From: Actinomycetota bacterium
GTDB taxonomy: Bacteria; Actinomycetota; UBA4738; HRBIN12
Direction of reading: 5' to 3'
Length of the DNA stretch: 29,256 nucleotides
Assembly (NCBI GenBank): GCA_046732015.1
Contig: JBKPMF010000091.1
Location: forward strand, 1-29,256
Shown here: in pieces, positions 8,454-15,070 of the stretch
How the letters are laid out: each line of letters opens with the position of its first letter
How positions within the stretch are numbered: the stretch's first letter is position 1
Notes under the pieces: model-generated
Seen by the model: only the letters and a program-made list of their open reading frames with translations
Database searches by the model: none
What the model was told of the DNA's origin: nothing
Program-made: the position numbers and the translations under genes

Positions 8454-8489
8454 ACCGTAGGGTCCGACCGCCAGTAGTGCCAGCACCAC
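8454..8489 (-). promoter_or_regulatory. Putative -10 TACGGT (8454..8459) with an inverted repeat GTGGTGC-tg-GCACTAC (8474..8489) over the -35 zone
   Basis: Read directly from sequence; the inverted repeat has one mismatch in 7 bp. Activator-site role is inferred. Confidence 0.4.
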
Positions 8490-8542
8490 AGTTGAAGTAG
8501 TCCTGGGTGCGCGGCATGAGTAGCAGAGGGCGTCGATGCCCG

Positions 8543-9655
8543 TCAGGCGGCGAGTTCGACCAGCGAGAGGAAGGCCCGCTCCAGCACGAGCCGCACGTTG
8601 AGGTTGAAGTCGTCGGCGAGCTCGGCTCGGGCGGCCTCGATCCCTGCGAGACCCTTCGCCGCCCGGGTGACCCCCAGGACGTCGCCGGGGGCGAGGTCGG
8701 GGTTCAACAGGTCGGCGGCGCGGACGCCGACGCCGGCGGCGATGCGATCGCGGAGCAGCGCCGAGACGGCCAGCAGCACCCAATCGACGTAGTCGCGTTC
8801 CGCTCGGCGTTCCTTGCGCTTGAAGCGGGTCTCGATGCGTTTGATCGCGCCACGGTAGGCGTCCTCGGGGCGGCCCTTCTCATCCATGAACGGCGCGAGC
8901 TCCTCGTCGAGCTCGCCCTTGAGGTTCTTCTTGTATTCGGCGGCGGCCTCCAGCACGACGGTGGCGGCGGCGAGACCGCCGGGCGGACCCTGCGCCGCGA
9001 GCTCGATCGCGTCACGTGCGGCTTCGCGGAACTTCAGGCCGTCGGCCGAGACCGCGAGGCGCCGGGCACGACCCAGGTTGCCACCGGCGAGCCGCGCCGC
9101 GAGGGCTGCCTTCGTCTCGTCCACCCCTTCGGTGACGAGGGCGTCCACGACGAACGCCTCGGAGAGAGCGGTGAACGTGACGACGTGACACCGCGACAGC
9201 ACGGTGTCGGGCAGCTCATGCGCGCGTGCCGACATCAACAGGAACACGGCGTCGGCGGGCGGCTCCTCCAGCACCTTCAGCAGGGTGTCGGCGGCGGCGG
9301 GTGAGAGCCGGTCGGCCTCGCGGATCACGAAGACCTTGCGGCCCGGTTCGGGCGAGGTGCGCGATGCGGGATGCCACACCTCGTCGCGGATCGTGTCGAC
9401 GTGGATGTCGCGGCCCTCGGGTTCGATCAGGAACTCGTTGGGATGGTGGTCCTTCAACGCCAGGCGGCAGTCGCGGCACTCCCCGCAGCCGCCGTTGCGA
9501 CACATCAGGGTGGCGACGAAGGCGCGTGCGGCGATCGACTTGCCGCTGCCCTCCGGTCCGGCGAACACGTAGGCGTGGTGCGGCCGCGAGGCGGCGCTGG
9601 TGAGGAACGCCATGGCGACGTCCTGGCCTGGAACGCTCGAGAGGACGGGCTGCAT
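8543..9655 (-). CDS. holB: DNA polymerase III subunit delta-prime
   Basis: HAYVFAGPEGSGKS, Zn motif C..CGECRDC, KVFVIREADRL, ADTLLKVLEEPP, TVLSRC; expected topA-tmk-holB neighbourhood. Confidence 0.9.
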   Translation of the reverse strand: MQPVLSSVPGQDVAMAFLTSAASRPHHAYVFAGPEGSGKSIAARAFVATLMCRNGGCGECRDCRLALKDHHPNEFLIEPEGRDIHVDTIRDEVWHPASRTSPEPGRKVFVIREADRLSPAAADTLLKVLEEPPADAVFLLMSARAHELPDTVLSRCHVVTFTALSEAFVVDALVTEGVDETKAALAARLAGGNLGRARRLAVSADGLKFREAARDAIELAAQGPPGGLAAATVVLEAAAEYKKNLKGELDEELAPFMDEKGRPEDAYRGAIKRIETRFKRKERRAERDYVDWVLLAVSALLRDRIAAGVGVRAADLLNPDLAPGDVLGVTRAAKGLAGIEAARAELADDFNLNVRLVLERAFLSLVELAA

Positions 9656-9661
9656 CCGGCG

Positions 9662-9667
9662 ATGGTA
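9662..9667 (-). promoter_or_regulatory. -10 element TACCAT, 6 nt before the holB ATG (leaderless)
   Basis: Minus strand reads TACCAT-cgccgg-ATG with no SD. Confidence 0.6.
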
Positions 9668-9719
9668 GCGCGAAGGTGCGACCGCCCGGCCGGATGCCGA
9701 GACGACTAGGGTTGACCCG

Positions 9720-9725
9720 GACCAT
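9720..9725 (+). promoter_or_regulatory. Putative -10 GACCAT, 7 nt before ATG 9733
   Basis: GACCATCCGGTCCATG; same pattern as 2415 and 3657; overlapped by the GGACC-atcc-GGTCC inverted repeat. Confidence 0.35.
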
Positions 9726-9732
9726 CCGGTCC

Positions 9733-12546
9733 ATGGGGACGTGGCGAGGCGCGGCGATGACCGGCGACCAACCGATCGGACGTGAGGACGAACTCGCTGC
9801 GATCATGTCGTTCGTCCAGGCGGCCCCCACCGGACCGGCCGGCATGGTCATCAGCGGCTCGGCGGGGATCGGCAAGACCATCCTGTGGCTCCAAGGCGTC
9901 TCGATCGCCGGGGCAGCGGGTACCGATGTCCTGACGAGCCGCCCGAGGCAAGCGGAGACGGCGTTCGCCTTCGCCGCCCTCGCCGATCTGCTGAACGAAC
10001 GCTTCGAGCATGTGGCCGGTCAGCTCCCGGCCCCGCAGCGCCGCGCGTTGGAGGTCGCATTGCTCCGCGCGGAGGGCGACGACCGCGGCCCGGACCGTCA
10101 CGCCGTTTCCGTGGCGGTCTTGAGTGCGCTGCGGTTGCTCGCGGACGAGCGACCGGTGCTGCTCGCGATCGATGACGTGCAATGGATCGACCCGCCCTCG
10201 GCGCACGCCTTGTCGTTCGTCCTGCGTCGTCTGGAGGCCGAGGCCGTCTCGGTGCTCACGACCCTGCGGGTCACCGAAGGGATCCCCGATCCCTTGGACC
10301 TCGAGACGTCGCTGGGTGAGCGTCTGACCCGGCTGGACGTGGGACCGCTCCCTTTGGACGTGTTCACGCGGTTGATCCATGAACGCACCGACGGGCGCTT
10401 CTCCCGGCCGATCCTGGTCAAGATCCACGAGGCCTCGGGCGGCAACCCGTTGTTCGGCCTCGAGATCGTGCGGGCGATGCGATCGGTCGACGGGGAGCCG
10501 CCGCCGGGAGAACCGCTCCCGGTCCCCGACGACCTGGGCAACCTGCTCCACGATCGCATCGGGTCGGTCCCGCCCGAGACGCAGGATGTCCTGCTCCTGG
10601 CGTCGGCCACCTCCAGTCCCACGGTCGAGCTCCTTCGTGAGTCGGGAGGTTCCGGCGACGATCGCCTGGGGCCCGCCGAAGCGGCAGGGATCGTCCGCGT
10701 CCTCAGCACCGGTGAGGTCGAGTTCACGCACCCACTCCTCGCTTCCGCCGTCTACGGGCAGGCGACCTCGGCGTGGCGGCGGGACGCGCACGCTCGACTC
10801 GCTCGGACGATCGCCGACCCCGAGGAGCGCGCTCGCCACCTCGCACTGTCCTCCTCCGCGCCAGATCCCGAGGTAGCCGGTGCCCTCGACACGGCGGCGA
10901 TCCACGCCTCGAAGCGTGGCGCTCCCTGGACCGCTGCCGAGCTCGAGGAACTCGCCCTGCGGTTGACCCCCGACCACGACACGGCGATGCACCGGCAACG
11001 GTCACTGCACACCTCGGAGTACCGATTCCAAGCGGGGGACGCGGGAGCGGCACGGCGAGCGGCCGACGACGCCCTGCGTGCCTCGACGTCCGGCCCCGAG
11101 CGGGCCGAGGTCCTCTACCTGTTGTCGGGCTTCGGTTGGAACGACCTCACGGAGATCCGGCCCCTCCTGGAGCAGGCGGTCGCCGAGTCGGACGGCGCTC
11201 CCGATCTCATGGCATCCGCGATGGCGGATCTGGGATGGATCGAGATCGTCGGCGGTGATCTCAAGGTCGCGGCGCGTCATGCCCGACGTGCGATCGAGCT
11301 CGCGGGAACCGGCGGCGATCCCGGCCCGCGATCGCTCGCGCTCATCACCACCGCCTATGCCGAATTCATGCTCGGCATCGACGCGTCGTCGCTCCTGGCC
11401 GAGGCCCAGGAACTCGAGGACCCACAGGCCGACCGGCAGATGCTCTCGTACCTGCTCACCAACTCGCTCAATACGCTGGGGGCCCAGCGGATGTGGTCGG
11501 GAGACCTCGAGGGCGGCCGGCAGATCCTGGAGCGCGCGCACACCGATGTGGTGGAGCGAGGTCGGTACCTCCTGCTGTGGGAGATGCTCGTCTACCTGTC
11601 GGAGTTGGAGACCCGCGCCGGAGCGTTCGCTCGTGGTCTTGACTATGCCGAGGAGCTGCTCGAGACGCTGGCGGAAGCTGGGTACGACCAAGCCCGCGAG
11701 CTGGGACTGTGGGCTCGCTCGCTGGCGGAGGCGCATCTCGGCATGGTGGAAGCGGCGCGGGCCGATGCCACCGAAGGGCTCGCCCTGGCCGAACGCCACC
11801 GCGACCTCTTCCACGTGATCACGAATCGATCCGTGCTCGGATTCCTCGAACTGTCGCTCGGCGACCCAGCCGCGGCCCATCGCTGGCTCGAACCGCTTCC
11901 GGACCTGCTCGCCGCTCGCAACATCGTCGAACCGGGGATCTACCCCGTCGTACCGGACGCGGTCGAAGCACTCATCGGCATCGGAGAGATCGACCGGGCT
12001 GAGGAGGTGCTCGAACCCTTCCAGGCCTGGAGCGAGAAGCTCGACCGTCCCCTGACGCTCGCAACCGCCGCGCGGAGCCGGGGATCGATCGCAGCCGCGC
12101 GCGGTGATCTTCCCGCTGCGCTGGCGTACGTCGAGGACGCGGTCGCTCGCCACGCCCGCGTGAGCCAACCGTTCGAGCTCGCACGCACCACCTTGGCCTT
12201 CGGGGATATCCAGCGGCGCGCGAAACAGAAGCGAGCCGCCGCGGCGTCCCTGCGATCGGCCCTGTCGATGTTCGAGGCGCTGGGCGCACCGCTCTGGGCG
12301 GCCAAGGCCCGGGCCTCACTGGCGCGGATCAGCGGCCGGACCGCCACCGTCGGCCTCACCGAGAGCGAGCGGCAGACGGTGGTCCTGGCGATCGAGGGCC
12401 GGACCAACCGTGAGATCGCCGAGTCGATGTTCGTGAGCGTCCGCACCGTCGAGGCGAACCTGTCCAGGGCGTACGCGAAGTTGGGGGTGGGCTCACGCCG
12501 CGAGCTGCGGGTCGACCTGTTGCCCCCTGCGCCGCAAGAGCCCTAG
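9733..12546 (+). CDS. Large ATP-binding LuxR-family (AAA ATPase - TPR-like - HTH) transcriptional regulator
   Basis: IGREDEL, Walker A GSAGIGKT, Walker B LLAIDDVQW, SGGNPLF, C-terminal LTESERQTVVLAIEGRTNREIAESMFVSVRTVEANLSRAYAKLG. Start is ATG 9733 or ATG 9757. Confidence 0.9.
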   Translation: MGTWRGAAMTGDQPIGREDELAAIMSFVQAAPTGPAGMVISGSAGIGKTILWLQGVSIAGAAGTDVLTSRPRQAETAFAFAALADLLNERFEHVAGQLPAPQRRALEVALLRAEGDDRGPDRHAVSVAVLSALRLLADERPVLLAIDDVQWIDPPSAHALSFVLRRLEAEAVSVLTTLRVTEGIPDPLDLETSLGERLTRLDVGPLPLDVFTRLIHERTDGRFSRPILVKIHEASGGNPLFGLEIVRAMRSVDGEPPPGEPLPVPDDLGNLLHDRIGSVPPETQDVLLLASATSSPTVELLRESGGSGDDRLGPAEAAGIVRVLSTGEVEFTHPLLASAVYGQATSAWRRDAHARLARTIADPEERARHLALSSSAPDPEVAGALDTAAIHASKRGAPWTAAELEELALRLTPDHDTAMHRQRSLHTSEYRFQAGDAGAARRAADDALRASTSGPERAEVLYLLSGFGWNDLTEIRPLLEQAVAESDGAPDLMASAMADLGWIEIVGGDLKVAARHARRAIELAGTGGDPGPRSLALITTAYAEFMLGIDASSLLAEAQELEDPQADRQMLSYLLTNSLNTLGAQRMWSGDLEGGRQILERAHTDVVERGRYLLLWEMLVYLSELETRAGAFARGLDYAEELLETLAEAGYDQARELGLWARSLAEAHLGMVEAARADATEGLALAERHRDLFHVITNRSVLGFLELSLGDPAAAHRWLEPLPDLLAARNIVEPGIYPVVPDAVEALIGIGEIDRAEEVLEPFQAWSEKLDRPLTLATAARSRGSIAAARGDLPAALAYVEDAVARHARVSQPFELARTTLAFGDIQRRAKQKRAAAASLRSALSMFEALGAPLWAAKARASLARISGRTATVGLTESERQTVVLAIEGRTNREIAESMFVSVRTVEANLSRAYAKLGVGSRRELRVDLLPPAPQEP

Positions 12547-12590
12547 CCACGACCGCGGCATCACTGGTTCGGTCGACGCCCGTCATCCAT

Positions 12591-12633
12591 GTGGTCGGTC
12601 ACCGATTCCACGCGCCCTTCCCGGTCCTAGGTT
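12591..12633 (+). promoter_or_regulatory. Imperfect inverted repeat GTGG-TCGGT-c-ACCGA-tt-CCAC (12591..12611) and -10 TAGGTT (12628..12633) upstream of the small ORF
   Basis: Read from sequence; the repeat sits where an activator site would overlap -35. Confidence 0.4.
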
Positions 12634-12676
12634 CGATGACACGACGCGATGCCATCGCGACCGAGGAGGGGTCGAC

Positions 12677-12994
12677 ATGCAGCCCGACACCGGAACGATC
12701 CAGGCCCTGGAACAGCGACGCCCTCGGCGAGTGCCCCGGGCGGTCTTCGCGGCCGCGGCTGCTGCTGCCGTGGTGACCGTCGTCGCCGTTGCCGCGCCCG
12801 CCGCGCTCGACGAGACCCAACCCCGTCCGGTCGTCCAGCCGGTCACGGTGAACACGTCGTTGCCAGCGATCGGGTTCTCACACGTGCCCTCACATGCGAT
12901 CGGGTTCTCGCACGTTCCCCCGCGTGGGACGCTCGCCTCACGGCCGACCCATGGTCCGAGGCAGGTTCCGAAGCAAGGAGGATCGGGCGGGTAG
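12677..12994 (+). CDS. Small hypothetical exported or membrane-anchored protein (105 aa) with a duplicated AIGFSHVP motif
   Basis: Strong SD GAGGAGGGG 5 nt before ATG; basic n-region RRPRR, Ala/Val h-region, APA-A. The two repeat copies differ only at synonymous third positions. Confidence 0.7.
   Translation: MQPDTGTIQALEQRRPRRVPRAVFAAAAAAAVVTVVAVAAPAALDETQPRPVVQPVTVNTSLPAIGFSHVPSHAIGFSHVPPRGTLASRPTHGPRQVPKQGGSGG
12866..12919 (+). repeat. 24-bp direct repeat, 30-bp period (AIGFSHVP x2)
   Basis: GCGATCGGGTTCTCACACGTGCCC at 12866 and GCGATCGGGTTCTCGCACGTTCCC at 12896 (22/24 identical). Confidence 0.9.
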
Positions 12995-13039
12995 CCGAAG
13001 CGAAGCGAACCCGTCGTCGATCTGGGCGCCGCGGCGTCG

Positions 13040-15064
13040 CTACGCCGACGGTGGCCCCAGGTCGTCGCGATCGGCCAGCACCTTCTCCACCGCGGCCCTC
13101 ACGTCTTCGAACACCTCGTCGGGCGTTCGGTCGGCGTCGATCACCACGAACCGCTCGGGGTGTTCCTCGGCGATCTTCAGGTAGGCATCGGACACCTTGG
13201 CGTGGAAATCCTGGCCTTCGAGCTCCATGCGGTCCGGCGCCTCGGTCGAGCGCAGCAATCCGCGCTCGGGTTCGAGGTGGAGCAGGATCACCAGGTCGGC
13301 GAACAACCCCTGCGTGGCCCACACGTTGAGGGTGAGCACGTCCTGTTCCCCCAGGCCGCGGGCCCACCCCTGGTAGGCGAGCGAAGAATCGACGTACCGG
13401 TCGCAGATCACGATCGAGCCGTCGGCGAGTGCGGGGCGGATCACGGTCGAGACCGTCTGGGCACGAGCGGCGGAGAAGAGGAGGGCTTCGCTCCGGGCAT
13501 CGAGCTTGCCGGTCTTCGGGTCGAGCAGGACCTCGCGGATCTTCTCACCCAGCTCGGTCCCGCCGGGTTCGCGGGTCACGAGCACGTCGTGCCCTTCGGC
13601 TCGCAGGTGCTCCGCGGCAAGCCGGATCTGCGTGCCCTTGCCCGCCCCTTCGACGCCCTCGAAGGCGATGAACAGCCCGGTGGCCGGCGGCCGCTTCAGC
13701 TTCGGCACGAGCGCGAGGGGCTGGGGTCGGGAGAGGCGATGCCGCTTGAGCAGCCTCCGCGTGTTGACACCGGCGGCCGCGGCGAGCGCGCCGGCGGTCC
13801 ACAGTGCGAGTCGAGGGCCGGGTGGATCGTAGACCTGGCCGTTGAACGTGAATGGTCGGTCATAGATGCTCGACAGGATAGGGAAGATGGTGAGGCTCAT
13901 GAACAGACCCAACCGGGACAGGGTCGTGAGCGAGGCGAACGTCCGTCCTCGGAACTCGTCCTCGACGTTCTCCTGGAGCAGGGTGTAACCGCTCACCCAA
14001 GCCAGGCCGCAGAAGGCGCCGAGCCACACCGAGACGACCGCGGTGAGCGCCAGGCTCGGCATGGCAGCCAGCACGAACAGCGTGGCCGCGGCCGCGAGCA
14101 ACGCCCACACGAAGGCGATGTCGCGCTCCACGAACTTGTTGACCTGACTCGCCGTCGCCATCCCCAGGAACATCCCGACGCCGAACGCAGTGACCACCAC
14201 GCCCCACGCGGCCTGGTTGTTGTCGAGGCTGCTCACGAAGATCGGGCCCAGCGCGAGCACCGCCCCCACCGCGGCGAACGCCACCACGATCCCTCCGGTC
14301 ATGGCCGAGGCGATCGAGTCCTCGCGCAGGAATCGCACGCCGTCGACGATGTCGTGCCACACCTTGCTCAGATCGAACCGGCCGGTGAGCCCGTGCACCG
14401 GCGCGGGGAACGCGATGCGGCTCACCATGAACGCCGAGAACCCGAACGTGCAGGCGTCCAACAGCAGGGCGAGCGTCTCGGGGCGGTCGCCCAGGAACGG
14501 CACCCACTGCCCCACGCTCTGGCTGATCCACGTCAGCACGGCGAACACCGCGCCTCCCAGCGGCAGCGTGGCGTACGTGCTCACCAGGCCCAGCGAGTTC
14601 GCGTTCGCGAGCTGACGCCTGGGCACCATGTTCGGCAGGGAGGCATCGCGCGCCGGGGTCCACAGCAGGGAGAGGCATTCGATCGCGAACGACAGCAGGA
14701 AGATCGCCCACAGTTCGCCCATGAAGGCCATGACGGCGTACATCACGCCCCGGCCGAGGTCGGCGATGATCATGATCTGCTTGCGGTCCACCCGGTCGAC
14801 CAGCGCTCCCGCGATCGGACCGAACAGGATCGCGGGAAGCATGCGCGCGATCATCACGGCGCTGATCGCGAAGCCCGCCCTCGCCACCGAACCCGACAGC
14901 GTGGTCACCAGCGACGTGACCGCCACGAACCCCACCCAGTCGCCGAGCGAGGAGATGCTCATGGCGGCGAGCAGCCGCGAGAACGCCGGATGGGTGAGGA
15001 GGTCCTTCAGCGTGGCCGCACGGGTTCCGCGGAGTGCCGCGACCTCGTCGGCGACGGAAGCCAC
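13040..15064 (-). CDS. tmk: MFS transporter - thymidylate kinase fusion
   Basis: N-terminal MFS (ISSLGDWV, GALVDRVDRK, RGRTFA); C-terminal FIAFEGVEGAGKGTQ, VTREPGG, ICDRYVDSSLAYQG. GGAGG upstream. Confidence 0.92.
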   Translation of the reverse strand: MASVADEVAALRGTRAATLKDLLTHPAFSRLLAAMSISSLGDWVGFVAVTSLVTTLSGSVARAGFAISAVMIARMLPAILFGPIAGALVDRVDRKQIMIIADLGRGVMYAVMAFMGELWAIFLLSFAIECLSLLWTPARDASLPNMVPRRQLANANSLGLVSTYATLPLGGAVFAVLTWISQSVGQWVPFLGDRPETLALLLDACTFGFSAFMVSRIAFPAPVHGLTGRFDLSKVWHDIVDGVRFLREDSIASAMTGGIVVAFAAVGAVLALGPIFVSSLDNNQAAWGVVVTAFGVGMFLGMATASQVNKFVERDIAFVWALLAAAATLFVLAAMPSLALTAVVSVWLGAFCGLAWVSGYTLLQENVEDEFRGRTFASLTTLSRLGLFMSLTIFPILSSIYDRPFTFNGQVYDPPGPRLALWTAGALAAAAGVNTRRLLKRHRLSRPQPLALVPKLKRPPATGLFIAFEGVEGAGKGTQIRLAAEHLRAEGHDVLVTREPGGTELGEKIREVLLDPKTGKLDARSEALLFSAARAQTVSTVIRPALADGSIVICDRYVDSSLAYQGWARGLGEQDVLTLNVWATQGLFADLVILLHLEPERGLLRSTEAPDRMELEGQDFHAKVSDAYLKIAEEHPERFVVIDADRTPDEVFEDVRAAVEKVLADRDDLGPPSA

Positions 15065-15070
15065 TGGGCC

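Noticed and set aside
8412-8783. N-terminal extension of the stand-alone receiver; likewise 3474..3668, 17586..17807, 18996..19097, 26949..27179
   Set aside because: These extensions overlap neighbouring genes or promoters and have no domain character; SD or -10 signals support the downstream starts.
12866-12919. CRISPR-like repeat
   Set aside because: Only two copies, a 6-nt spacer, in-frame coding, and no cas genes.
12677-12994. RiPP precursor interpretation of the repeat peptide
   Set aside because: No modifying enzyme, protease or ABC exporter nearby, and the N-terminus looks like a Sec signal or anchor rather than a leader peptide.
9656-13039. Mobile element or genomic island call
   Set aside because: No integrase, transposase, tRNA target, terminal repeats or evident composition shift.
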